Origin: an uncultured Gammaproteobacteria bacterium
GTDB lineage: Bacteria; Patescibacteriota; Microgenomatia; JALYQM01
Direction: 5' to 3'
NCBI GenBank assembly: GCA_964403585.1
Contig: CAYOFQ010000001.1
Coordinates: 398,456-441,363, forward strand
DNA: 42,908 nucleotides
Positions within the stretch are counted from its first letter, which is position 1. Each line of letters begins with the position of its first letter. Of this stretch, positions 27,001 through 35,587 are shown piece by piece. Position numbers and translations under genes: made by a program. Below the pieces are notes generated by a model, which saw only the letters and a list, made by a program, of their open reading frames with translations, made no database searches and was not told the origin of the DNA.

Positions 27001-27421
27001 ATGTCAGACCGTCAACTATAATATTAGACCTACTATTAGTATCTAATAAATATCCAGATGTGATAGCAACTAAAGGTGTCTCACTTGGTACTTTTGCATA
27101 AGTAATCTCATTCCCGACTCCAGATCCACCTGAAGGTAAAGTCATGACTTCTGTATAATTACCTCCTTGAGAGCTAAATAGTATTTGATCTCCAGCTACA
27201 AATGTCGCAAGTTTGAATTGAGCCATATTTAATGCTGTATTAGCGTTATTAGGACTAGTAGCATTTGCTTTGTTAGCTGCCGTAACAGTTCCGTCAGCTC
27301 TTACATAGTAGGTTGCAGCATTAACAGACGTAGGTAAAATAAGAAAAATTATTCCTATAAAAATAATAGAAAATAATATTTTTGAAAATCGATCTAAAAC
27401 TTTGGGCATTTTACTAAGCAT
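24083..27421 (-). CDS. giant surface protein with right-handed beta-helix repeats, FN3-like and CarboxypepD_reg-like domains and a C-terminal membrane anchor
   Basis: N-terminal signal/anchor ILFSIIFIGIIFLILPTSVNA. Repeated N-rich PbH1-like units (FNRCTANNNSINGF, HNNCTANNNLGIGF). FN3-like PNTTYYFKVRGGNGCKPGDWS. YTVKVRVIDEQGNPVEGAKVTMHS..DKDGYAIF. C-terminal TM plus RRRK. The track's start at 27445 is TTG, and the first ATG is at 27421. Confidence 0.75.
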   Translation of the reverse strand: MLSKMPKVLDRFSKILFSIIFIGIIFLILPTSVNAATYYVRADGTVTAANKANATSPNNANTALNMAQFKLATFVAGDQILFSSQGGNYTEVMTLPSGGSGVGNEITYAKVPSETPLVAITSGYLLDTNSRSNIIVDGLTFNYTGTSASTNIGTIIRAGSNLQFKNITSNMGGYGYVMWSSSILSNVTFDSVTLTSGTPARNAIHLTGSSNSNVTIQNSTLNPGIQVNNATDLTLTNTSWLAAFTVSTGSDVTITDSPHAGGITLNTVTTGIIEDVSISSGTAGVLFTDSSDITVNDTDVSNATSYGAFQVSGTSHNITFNRCTANNNSINGFVQEDTSNDIEHNNCTANNNLGIGFLARESSYDITYRYSEASYNGTLNTVTDGGGFLPHDLANDIKCYYCVSIGNYNQGSGDVSDGSNNAFYNGVTWRNGYASGDTFRGNTVSTPSVRSNVYYRKTNGGSFVVNNGIFGGGKPRELLDTQPAYTTLDYNLYKPLDNNKFFSTDAVNDVSWTTYHSSNEANSINNDPLFTNGSGSYSVPTDFQLTYLSPAIDSGTDVGLTVDYIGNPIYGTPDIGAYEYQPPYTMGTDEIDINGDVRVYEDGKFRNTQTVSGTTADLTVTPSGGFGAGDYSEWMDITITTWDTSGTYKKVWSEESSSIGSASTVHTVGDLQPNRQYSVKVNNVLGQNVTGGSCSGGYCTSNSSGEISFTYTGGYSTVNFEVEKDVTSPSITLNPISPDPTTDNTPTITGTATDTVGTVVSVEYQIDSTSGSWSSCIADDGSFDEASETFSCTPPESSRTSHTIFVRATDSNGNTTSSGNYASDAFTIAPNSSSSNDDDDKDDNECHDDVGIQPPWLYGAIAQNSNSILLYFTEAADPVDRYAIKYGTKSGEYIYGADNLGIKSESRMTYLVKELKPNTTYYFKVRGGNGCKPGDWSNEMKATTKSAFSYNNLEFTSSTLESTPLTQDDLDSSGINSTNDPTTTSENVDKEAMEEIVDTEGYTVKVRVIDEQGNPVEGAKVTMHSRVQETTSDKDGYAIFNNVEKGDHRVIIAYNGYEGEQALNLTGDVREFSLEIKIKPQNVFYSPIYLWSIGIFAVITTILVILLIRRRK

Positions 27422-27514
27422 ATTATCTTTATTTAATAACCTCAATAAGATAAAAGATAACTTTTTCTCTTAATATAAATCTACACTACTAAAGCAAAAC
27501 TTTCCATATATGAA

Positions 27515-27787
27515 ATGGTCAAATATGGCATGTCGACAAATAATGAGGTCATGCCGAGTAATTATCTAAACAACGAATATGCAAAGGAAAGAAAAACACT
27601 TGGCCTAACTATTAAAAAGTTCCGACAGTTGAAGAAATTAACTCAAGAAGATTTAGCCGACTATGCAGATATAAACGTTTCTTATCTGGCAAAAATTGAA
27701 AATGGATACGTAAATACTTCAATTCGTTATCTCATAAAAATTTCAAAAGGTCTGAAAATAAAAGTGAGAGACCTATTTGAGTTCTAA
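27515..27787 (+). CDS. XRE-family helix-turn-helix transcriptional regulator (paralog of 17314-17538)
   Basis: IKKFRQLKKLTQEDLADYADINVSYLAKIENGY. It resembles the first XRE along its length by eye. Several in-frame ATGs leave the start uncertain. Confidence 0.8.
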   Translation: MVKYGMSTNNEVMPSNYLNNEYAKERKTLGLTIKKFRQLKKLTQEDLADYADINVSYLAKIENGYVNTSIRYLIKISKGLKIKVRDLFEF

Positions 27788-27799
27788 ATTTCCCTATCA

Positions 27800-27840
27800 T
27801 ATCAACTATTGTTGACATTCTGCATCTTCTTTATTACAAT
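27800..27840 (+). promoter_or_regulatory. near-consensus promoter of the T4SS operon with an overlapping dyad operator
   Basis: TTGACA(27812-27817)-17 nt-TACAAT(27835-27840). The dyad TATCAAC-tatt-GTTGACA (27800-27817) overlaps the -35. Confidence 0.5.
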
Positions 27841-27897
27841 TCACTAAATTTCTATAGTTATCTTTATAAGTCCTCCCAATTAGAAATATAAAATTTT

Positions 27898-28182
27898 ATG
27901 GAAAACGGAATACCCGGATATGATGCCGCACAACCGATTCAGTTCTCGAATCTTGATAGTTTGTTATGGGGTATTGTTAAAACTCTTCAATGGTATTCAC
28001 TTCCCGTAATGGCAATTGCTATAGCAACTCTTGGCATCTTTTTAGTCATGAGTGGTGACGATACAGAAAGAAAATCACGATTAAAAGGCTGGATTATGAA
28101 TATCCTTATTGGAGGATTGCTCGTATTTGGAGCCTCATCATTAGCTCAAATTATTAAAACATTTGTCGGTGGAACAGTATAA
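27898..28182 (+). CDS. T4SS pilin-like protein (TrbC/VirB2-like)
   Basis: 94 aa with two hydrophobic helices (LPVMAIAIATLGIFLVM and IMNILIGGLLVFGASSLA) separated by a charged loop. It is the first gene of the T4SS operon. Confidence 0.6.
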   Translation: MENGIPGYDAAQPIQFSNLDSLLWGIVKTLQWYSLPVMAIAIATLGIFLVMSGDDTERKSRLKGWIMNILIGGLLVFGASSLAQIIKTFVGGTV

Positions 28183-28195
28183 CTCAAATCTATGC

Positions 28196-29938
28196 ATGAG
28201 AGTAACAACACTTCTTCTCTTTATTTGCTTCTTAACGTTTTATAATCTTTCTCCCGCTTTTGCACAAGAGCCTCCACCTACTCCTGCGCCATTACCACAA
28301 GTTCAATGGACAAATGATTTTACAGTAGAAGAGAAACCTTCAGTCATTATTACAATACTACAAGACTTCATTCATGGCTTTGACTCGTTCATGGGTGGTT
28401 TTATTTTCTACACTCCTGATCCATTTGGGGAAACAATCAAACTTAAAGATGGGACAGAAATCCCAGGAGTAACAAAATATCGGGATATTTTTAATCAGAT
28501 TGCCATACCTATTTCAGCAATTGCTATCGCAGTTATCGCTGTCACTCGGCTTGGTTCTGATAATGTGCAGGAACTAAAGACATTCGGTTTGCGCTTTCTA
28601 GTTACTATTATTTTGTTTATTACGATTCCGTTTGTTCTTGGCTACAGCATTCAGTTTAATAATCTACTTGTTGAAAAGATAAATACTACACAAGAATTCA
28701 CTGGTTTTTTACATAATTATCTCGATACCTCTCAACAAGAAATACAAAACGGTGCTAATTCTGAAGCATATGGTATTCCCTCATATGACATTTCCATGAC
28801 AGGAGGAGTATTTAGGTCACTCGGAAAATTTATTGTTCAGACATTTCTCTTTATCCTGACATTTTTATTTCTACTTGGAGGATTTGTTTACATTGGCTTT
28901 CAATTTGTAATTCGATTCGCGACATTGCTATTTTTAGGCGTTCTGTACCCAATTATTCTTCCTTTCGCTCTTTCTGAGAAGACTCATCAGATTGTAAACA
29001 CCTTTTTTAAAACATGGTTTACATTTCTCATCCAACAACCAGCTTTTGTACTGGGTTTTGCAATTGCTAACGATATTTTTTCCAGCATTTTAACTTCACA
29101 AGGACCCTCAGTTGGCATGTTATTTTTCTACACCGGATTTCTCTTTTTCCTTGGAGGGGTAAATATGCTAACTGGAAGAATTTTTGGTGATACATGGGGA
29201 ATGTTTGCTACACATATGCAAGCCGCTATTGCAACCCGTTCAGTAACAACTCCTATAGCTTCATGCATCAATGACTTTAAACGAGGACTAGTGGGAGGTA
29301 GTATCAGTCATTCTGCTGGTCATTATCTTAATGAACAATGGAAGAAACGCACAGCAAAGAATGAAGAAGATCCATCCACCAATGGTTCATCAGGTAATGA
29401 TTCAACTCCTCCTTCCAATGGCTCTTACCGTCATTCAAAAAAAACAAATGAGTCATCACCATTTACTCAGGCACTTTCTCAAAAAGGTTTTGAAGTACAA
29501 ACAGAAAATCACAAGCAGGGAATCATTACTGTTACCGGGGAGGCTTATAAATATGACGACAGTAAAACAGGTATGACTTCTATTTATCCAACACGGTTAG
29601 AAGCTATTCAAGATGGGGTACCTGAACCCAAACTGGAGACAATTCAGCTTGAGCAGGATAGATTTATTGATTTATCCAGCTTTAATAAGAAAAACCCCAA
29701 TCCTCACAACTACAATGCTATGCAGGAATCACAAAGAAGAGGTAAAAGCCTAACGTATGCCTATGTGAATGAATCCAGTCCGCCACAAAGGATTAAACAT
29801 TTCTTAGAAGTTTCACAAAAGAGAAATAATGCCTTTGGTATTAAAGGTGTAATCGTTGACAGGCAGGGCACACAATCATCCGACCATATTATTCGGATGT
29901 ATACCTATAAAAACTATGAAAAGCGTCAGAATATATAA
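28196..29938 (+). CDS. VirB6/TrbL-like polytopic T4SS membrane protein
   Basis: Signal peptide, at least 6 TM helices and a hydrophilic C-terminal tail. Its position between the pilin and VirB4 genes fits. Start taken at ATG 28196 (MRVTTLLLF). Confidence 0.55.
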   Translation: MRVTTLLLFICFLTFYNLSPAFAQEPPPTPAPLPQVQWTNDFTVEEKPSVIITILQDFIHGFDSFMGGFIFYTPDPFGETIKLKDGTEIPGVTKYRDIFNQIAIPISAIAIAVIAVTRLGSDNVQELKTFGLRFLVTIILFITIPFVLGYSIQFNNLLVEKINTTQEFTGFLHNYLDTSQQEIQNGANSEAYGIPSYDISMTGGVFRSLGKFIVQTFLFILTFLFLLGGFVYIGFQFVIRFATLLFLGVLYPIILPFALSEKTHQIVNTFFKTWFTFLIQQPAFVLGFAIANDIFSSILTSQGPSVGMLFFYTGFLFFLGGVNMLTGRIFGDTWGMFATHMQAAIATRSVTTPIASCINDFKRGLVGGSISHSAGHYLNEQWKKRTAKNEEDPSTNGSSGNDSTPPSNGSYRHSKKTNESSPFTQALSQKGFEVQTENHKQGIITVTGEAYKYDDSKTGMTSIYPTRLEAIQDGVPEPKLETIQLEQDRFIDLSSFNKKNPNPHNYNAMQESQRRGKSLTYAYVNESSPPQRIKHFLEVSQKRNNAFGIKGVIVDRQGTQSSDHIIRMYTYKNYEKRQNI

Positions 29939-30725
29939 AGATGATATCAGGCAGCATATTTTAAGAAGTCTGTTTTTTACAGATAATACCCTGTTTATAA
30001 GTGGTGGGGTAATTCTTGCTATTACGCTGTATATCTGTCTGAAATATATTGCCCATGTTTTTAGTTGGAATATCTATATTGCGTCTCTCATTGTTCTTGA
30101 AATCGCCTTCATAGGATTTATCACACAAAAAGTAGATAATCAGCCAATTTATAAAGTTATTCCAAGAGGGTTCATGTTTAAGAGAAGTAAAAAGAAACAG
30201 AGACAGAAGGAACTGGAATCATATTTTGTTGATTTTGCAATTCAGGATAATTTGATCATTCGTAAAGACAGCATTATCCAGATGTTGGAAGTGGAGCCAT
30301 TTGATATTTCTCTTCTTAACGATCAGGATCGGGAGCACTTTTTCTTAAAACTTAAGCAAGTGATTCATATATTACCTTCTCAAGTGCAATTTATTGTGAA
30401 GAAAGAAAAAGCAAAAGTGGAAGATTACTCAAAACATATATTTTCGTTATATGCAAATTCTAACGAAAGACGAGAGTCATTAATTGCTGAATATACTCAA
30501 AATTTATCCACATTAATTAGTGAGACTAACTTTATGTCTACTCATCACTACGCGGCTTTTTCGGTTTCGTGTAATCCATCAAGGCAATATGAAAAAATCA
30601 ATGCCATCAAAAAACTGCAAGATATGAGTATGCGTTTTGCTTCTGCCCTTGCTAGTTGCAATATTACCGCTCGACCCTTACAAGGCGAAGAATTAATTAA
30701 TTTTGCAAGAAATACACTACGATGA
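29916..30725 (+). CDS. T4SS membrane protein (VirB3-like TM hairpin plus VirB4 N-terminal-like region)
   Basis: Two adjacent TM helices (GGVILAITLYICLKYI and IYIASLIVLEIAFIGFI). These are followed by IIQMLEVEPFDISLLNDQDREHFFLKLKQVIHILPSQVQFIVKK, which resembles the start of monoderm VirB4 proteins. ATGA overlap with the next gene. Confidence 0.45.
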   Translation: MKSVRIYKDDIRQHILRSLFFTDNTLFISGGVILAITLYICLKYIAHVFSWNIYIASLIVLEIAFIGFITQKVDNQPIYKVIPRGFMFKRSKKKQRQKELESYFVDFAIQDNLIIRKDSIIQMLEVEPFDISLLNDQDREHFFLKLKQVIHILPSQVQFIVKKEKAKVEDYSKHIFSLYANSNERRESLIAEYTQNLSTLISETNFMSTHHYAAFSVSCNPSRQYEKINAIKKLQDMSMRFASALASCNITARPLQGEELINFARNTLR

Positions 30726-32845
30726 CACTACAATCCCTACCAAACGCAATCAAGAAGACTGCTCTGAATGTCTATAACGACGTAAGGACATTTAGTCTAA
30801 GCCGTAAACTGCAAGATCACTTAGAGCATTTATCTTATGAAAAGAGTAAAGAAGAGTATGAACTGAAGAAATTAAAACGTGAATATAGTCTTTATAAAAC
30901 CAAAAGCAAAGGAATACAAACCATTGAAGAGCACTTTTTCAATGGAGAGCCAAAACTTCATCAGAATAATCTTACTCTAGCTTTACGTGATGAAATTAAA
31001 CGACTCATGAAGATTATAGAAACACAACAGGAACTTATTGAAAAAACGCCATTTATTACCAGTCAGCTGCTTTTAATTCATAAACCAACACTTATTAAAA
31101 CAAAGAATCCCATAAAACTTACAAGAAATTATCTGAAGTTAAGAAAAGAGATGAGTGACTACAACAAAGCAGTTGATACGGCTCGTAGAGCTGAATTTCA
31201 TCTTACTTTGGAAAAGAATAATAATGAACTAACTGTAGAACGTGATGGAACGAAGATATACAAAAGTGAATACTTACAAGAATACAGTTCATCTCTTCAA
31301 GTTGGAGAAAAACTAAAACGATTTTATTACCTTGCCGATATTCCAGCCTACTTAAGCCCGTATGTATTTTTCAGGCTATTAAATTCATCATTGCCATTTA
31401 CCTTAAGTATCTTTGTTGAACCTTCTCCAAGTAGTGAGCTATTAAAGAAAGCACGCCAGCGATTATCAGTGCTTGAGATGCAACAGAATGACCGACTAAA
31501 ACAAGGCAAAATCAGAGATCAACAAATAGATAAAAATATCGAAGAAGTTATGAGTTTTGTTGATGAACTGGTTCATGAAGCAGAAAAAGGCGTTTTGTAT
31601 TCTCTTTATCTGCAACTAGAGGCCGAAGATGAAAAAGAATTATCAAAAATCCACAAACAACTCCAAAATATTACCGGAACGATGGACATGACGTTCAATC
31701 AGTACACCTATGGTCAGAAGAAGGCCTTTAAGAACTTTTTACCCTTCAATCTTGATCACGTACAAGAAAATAGAATTTTGCAGTCTACAGCAGCATCATA
31801 CTTATTGCCTTTTGTTTCAAAACAACTCAATGATCCAGAAGGAGTATTTATGGGAGTTAATGCGTATAACAATAGCTTGGCTTTCGTAAATCCCTTTACT
31901 TCAAGAAATAACAATATCAATATCTTTGGTGTCTCAGGGTCTGGAAAAAGTGTGACTGCGAAAATACTGATGAACAGGCTCTATATGAGAGGAGTACAAA
32001 TTATTGTTATTGATCCAGAGGGTGAATACGTTGATATTGCAAAAGCATTGGGAGGAGAAGTTATCTCATTCTCAAGAGAAAACGGAATTAATCCTTTTTA
32101 TGTTTCAAGTTTACAAGAGAATGATATCTTGGATCACATATCAACTTTGAAAACGTTCTTCAAATTCTTTATTCCTCAAAATCATTATGACGGTGCGTTT
32201 TTGGATGAAGCATTGATTAAGTTATATGACCAAGGTAGTCCATCGTTTGAAAACCTTCTTGAACTATTAAAGAAACATCCAATGCAAAAAGATTTGAGTG
32301 TTTTATCTACAGGAAGCTTACGAGGAGTTTTTAATTCTACGAGAAAGTTAGAGCTCAACAACGATATCATTGTTCTTGATCTCCATGATTTGAAAAAAGA
32401 CGAGAAACGAGATCCTGCAATGTATTTGTTAACCTCTTTAATCTGGAATCTAGTGAATAAGAAGAATGACAAAAAGAGAATGTTATTTATTGATGAAGCT
32501 CACAAACTTCTTGTTGATCCTGAAGTAGCTGTCTTTTATAGAGAGTTGGTCAAACAAGCTCGAAAGAGAAATGTTGGAGTCGTTTCTATAACTCAAGACG
32601 TAGAAGATTTCTTAGATAGTGAATATGGAAAAGCTATTATCACCAATTCCGAAACAAAAATATTACTTAAGCAGTCATATGCCACACTTGGAGATATCGG
32701 GACAATTTATCCAATGACTGATGAAGAAAAACAACAACTTGGACATTTAGCCATAGGAGAAGTTGTTCTGTTTAGAGAAAGTGAACATGTAAGAATTAAT
32801 ATTATTGTCCTTCCGTTTGAACAACCGTTAGTATTTACTTCTTGA
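30722..32845 (+). CDS. VirB4/TrbE-like T4SS ATPase
   Basis: Walker A is GVSGSGKSV, Walker B is MLFIDEAHKLL, and VSITQDVEDF is present. There is an N-terminal coiled-coil-rich region. Confidence 0.85.
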   Translation: MTLQSLPNAIKKTALNVYNDVRTFSLSRKLQDHLEHLSYEKSKEEYELKKLKREYSLYKTKSKGIQTIEEHFFNGEPKLHQNNLTLALRDEIKRLMKIIETQQELIEKTPFITSQLLLIHKPTLIKTKNPIKLTRNYLKLRKEMSDYNKAVDTARRAEFHLTLEKNNNELTVERDGTKIYKSEYLQEYSSSLQVGEKLKRFYYLADIPAYLSPYVFFRLLNSSLPFTLSIFVEPSPSSELLKKARQRLSVLEMQQNDRLKQGKIRDQQIDKNIEEVMSFVDELVHEAEKGVLYSLYLQLEAEDEKELSKIHKQLQNITGTMDMTFNQYTYGQKKAFKNFLPFNLDHVQENRILQSTAASYLLPFVSKQLNDPEGVFMGVNAYNNSLAFVNPFTSRNNNINIFGVSGSGKSVTAKILMNRLYMRGVQIIVIDPEGEYVDIAKALGGEVISFSRENGINPFYVSSLQENDILDHISTLKTFFKFFIPQNHYDGAFLDEALIKLYDQGSPSFENLLELLKKHPMQKDLSVLSTGSLRGVFNSTRKLELNNDIIVLDLHDLKKDEKRDPAMYLLTSLIWNLVNKKNDKKRMLFIDEAHKLLVDPEVAVFYRELVKQARKRNVGVVSITQDVEDFLDSEYGKAIITNSETKILLKQSYATLGDIGTIYPMTDEEKQQLGHLAIGEVVLFRESEHVRINIIVLPFEQPLVFTS

Positions 32846-32849
32846 TGTC

Positions 32850-33608
32850 ATGAAGATTATCACTACGGTTAGAAACCTTCGTACAATAACAAATGATCCT
32901 TTTGGATTTATTATAGATACGCTCATTAAAATAGTAGTTAATCTTGTAATTCCCATTCCATTAGCAGGAAATGTAATCGCCAAGTTTAAACGACCAGTGC
33001 TAGGTTTTTTAGCTTCAATGGTGATATTAGGAGTCATGCTTTTTGTGATCTTGATTACGATATTTATATCAATCTTCTTATCTCCAACTGGTTTTTTCCA
33101 ATTCTTAACTGCTAGTGTTGCTCAATCCGCACTGAATAATGAGTTTATCCAGACAGTCGTGCCTGCACAAAACCCGTTAGGTGGACAAGGAATGTCGTAT
33201 ACTTCTATTACAGCTGGGTTTATGGATCCATCATATCTAATGCAGTTTGGTAAAAATCATACAGGAATAGATATGGTTCCTAATTCGACATACTATTCCA
33301 GTAGTTCAACATATCAGCAGGACAAGAAAATTACTATCTATGCAACGCACACAGGAAAAGCACGATATTATGTAGATTCAGATGGAGGAGAAACAGTAGA
33401 AGTATTAAGTAGTGCTGGAGATTTAAAAACAATCTATATCCATTTTAAAGAGGTATATGTAAAAACTGGTGATGATATCAAAGCAGGTACTCCGCTCGGC
33501 GAAATGGGAAACACTGGTTTTGCGACTGGAGAACATTTGCATTACGAAATACAACTTAAAGAGGGTAATAATTGGCGTCCAGTTAATCCGTTAACTTATA
33601 TAAAATAA
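32850..33608 (+). CDS. M23-family metallopeptidase (peptidoglycan hydrolase, VirB1 functional analogue)
   Basis: N-terminal TM helices, HTGIDM (HxxxD) and GNTGFATGEHLHYEI (HxH). Confidence 0.85.
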   Translation: MKIITTVRNLRTITNDPFGFIIDTLIKIVVNLVIPIPLAGNVIAKFKRPVLGFLASMVILGVMLFVILITIFISIFLSPTGFFQFLTASVAQSALNNEFIQTVVPAQNPLGGQGMSYTSITAGFMDPSYLMQFGKNHTGIDMVPNSTYYSSSSTYQQDKKITIYATHTGKARYYVDSDGGETVEVLSSAGDLKTIYIHFKEVYVKTGDDIKAGTPLGEMGNTGFATGEHLHYEIQLKEGNNWRPVNPLTYIK

Positions 33609-33612
33609 TAAT

Positions 33613-34080
33613 ATGAAAAAACTATTTAAAGACAATCCACTTTTTGTAACGTTTGTTATACCAATCATTGTTGATGTAGTAGGCACAGTGCTAGGCCAAC
33701 CACCAGAGTATTGGACTAGTGAAGGTAAAGTATTTAACGAATCGGTGCCATTTATTTACTTATTACTACAAATCCATCCATTGCTATTTATAACCATCTG
33801 TTTAGCTATTTGGTTACCATTTACTTATTGGTTAACAAAAAAATTAAAATCACCACTAAATCTTTGGGCAACAACGTCCTTACTTATAGGCCATGGTTAC
33901 AATAGTGTTTCATGGCTAAGAAAGGATCTTTATTATGCTGGTTTGTTTACTGGCGATAATCAACTATCACGAGCATTGTCTTTAATACCAGTGACAATTT
34001 ACATTTTATTTATTGGCTGGGTAGCCATGATGGGATTTGTTTCATATATCAAGTCAACAGCAAATCAAAAACAAATATGA
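33613..34080 (+). CDS. hypothetical polytopic membrane protein (T4SS operon)
   Basis: 155 aa with about 4 TM helices, co-oriented and tightly spaced. No motif recognised. Confidence 0.5.
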   Translation: MKKLFKDNPLFVTFVIPIIVDVVGTVLGQPPEYWTSEGKVFNESVPFIYLLLQIHPLLFITICLAIWLPFTYWLTKKLKSPLNLWATTSLLIGHGYNSVSWLRKDLYYAGLFTGDNQLSRALSLIPVTIYILFIGWVAMMGFVSYIKSTANQKQI

Positions 34081-34865
34081 AAGACATTCAATTAAATAAA
34101 TTAGACGCAAGTCAACGAAGATTACTCCAAACTGGAGTAATCTTAATTCTTTTAGTATTTTTAGGCTTATATTTCTTTTTTAATTGGAGAGATCAATCAC
34201 CTATTGGTAATAGCGAAATATATTTAGAAAACAACCAATTGCATATTTTCAATGATACCTACACCTTTAATGGCTATCCAGACAAGATACTCGTTCATTA
34301 TCCTTACTTGCTCTATGTACAAGGGAATAAACCATTAACCACTATTTACAACCTTGAAACTAAAGAGAAGGAAAAGGAAATTATTGAAGTACTTCTTGAT
34401 TACCATGACGGCAATATGGTCTATAACAAGAAAGAAACCTACTTTAACGATAAAAATTTAGGAGAATACTGCGATGCAGCATTTATTAAATCAGAAGAGA
34501 GTGTTTTATGTATAACAAAACAGTCACGTGATTTTGTAGATAACATGCTCATTGATATTAATCCTGATAAACCAAACCTTTGGGCAAGGATCTATAAGTC
34601 AGACAATGTATTAACTAATGTTTCCGTGATTAATGACAAGCTCTATGTAGGAGAAATTAACTTTGAGACAAAACAAAACTATCTTTCAATTGATCAAAAT
34701 GCTTTACCTGTAGAAAGTCCTGTGAGTTTGATTTACCAATTGGACAGTAAACCATATTTTGCTTCATTTAAGAGTGAATTAAATAACAATACAGCAAGCT
34801 ATTTTTTAGTTGAAGATGATAATATTGTCAAACAAGCCGATAACAAGATTTATTTTAGTCGGTAA
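34077..34865 (+). CDS. hypothetical single-pass membrane protein (T4SS operon; VirB8-like role possible by position only)
   Basis: ATGA overlap with the previous gene. N-terminal TM helix GVILILLVFLGLYFFF, then a 220-aa extracytoplasmic domain. No motif recognised. Confidence 0.5.
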   Translation: MKDIQLNKLDASQRRLLQTGVILILLVFLGLYFFFNWRDQSPIGNSEIYLENNQLHIFNDTYTFNGYPDKILVHYPYLLYVQGNKPLTTIYNLETKEKEKEIIEVLLDYHDGNMVYNKKETYFNDKNLGEYCDAAFIKSEESVLCITKQSRDFVDNMLIDINPDKPNLWARIYKSDNVLTNVSVINDKLYVGEINFETKQNYLSIDQNALPVESPVSLIYQLDSKPYFASFKSELNNNTASYFLVEDDNIVKQADNKIYFSR

Positions 34866-35580
34866 CCTCAGTATTGTTGATCACATCATATCTCACATGA
34901 AGGTATGAATTTTCTAAAACATCACATTTAACTAACTTTAACGGTCTAATCTTCTTAAGATCCTCTTGTTTGTGAAGCGATTCACCACCAATCAAACTTT
35001 GTGTATTTGAGCCTCCAATTAAGCATGGAGCTACAACTATTGAAACGTGATCTAGTAATCCTTCCCTTAACCAGTGAGAATTCATTGTCCCTCCTGATTG
35101 AATAGTTAACTTTTCAACTTTATATTCTTCTTTTAGCTTTCTCAGCATATCAGCCAAATCAACCTTATTTTCGTAGTAGATAATTTCAATATTTGAATAT
35201 TTGTCTTTCAAGCTGTAAGCAGGATGATTCTTATTTGTAGTTACAAGATAAAGTGTTTTTACCCACTTAGCAAGATAAGTAACCCCGTTTTTATTTAAGT
35301 GCGGTTTCGTATCAATAATCACAAAACTGACTTCCATTTTTTCAGGTTCTTTTGTTCGCTCGTTAATTCCTATCTTTGCCATAACTCTCCCTGTATTGAG
35401 AGAGAAAAGATCAGTTTGTTGTTCTAAATCATAATATTGATGAAGTCCTTCTTTTACACCAACTATTCTTTTGAAGTCTTTATCAACATCAAGTTCATCA
35501 TTATCTCCCGTGGTTATTTTGCCATCGAGAGACTCGATCATGAAAAGAGTTGTCTCGGGTCTATTTGTAGCGTTATTCAT
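34855..35580 (-). CDS. dihydrofolate-reductase-family/RibD C-terminal-domain reductase
   Basis: FMIESLDGKITTG and LTIQSGGTMNSHWLREGLLDHVSIVVAPCLIGG match the RibD_C pattern. Confidence 0.7.
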   Translation of the reverse strand: MNNATNRPETTLFMIESLDGKITTGDNDELDVDKDFKRIVGVKEGLHQYYDLEQQTDLFSLNTGRVMAKIGINERTKEPEKMEVSFVIIDTKPHLNKNGVTYLAKWVKTLYLVTTNKNHPAYSLKDKYSNIEIIYYENKVDLADMLRKLKEEYKVEKLTIQSGGTMNSHWLREGLLDHVSIVVAPCLIGGSNTQSLIGGESLHKQEDLKKIRPLKLVKCDVLENSYLHVRYDVINNTEVTD

Positions 35581-35587
35581 AAATAAT

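Noticed and set aside
26511-27046. Plus-strand ORFs 26511-26774 and 26744-27046
   Set aside because: They are antisense to the repeat-rich beta-helix gene. Low-complexity N/T/S-rich coding DNA commonly leaves the opposite strand open.
29331-29576. ORF 29331-29576(+) inside the VirB6-like gene
   Set aside because: It is an alternative-frame ORF in the hydrophilic tail region, with no start signals.
32185-33037. Minus-strand ORFs 32185-32472 and 32828-33037
   Set aside because: They are antisense to the VirB4 and M23 genes, which carry unambiguous motifs.
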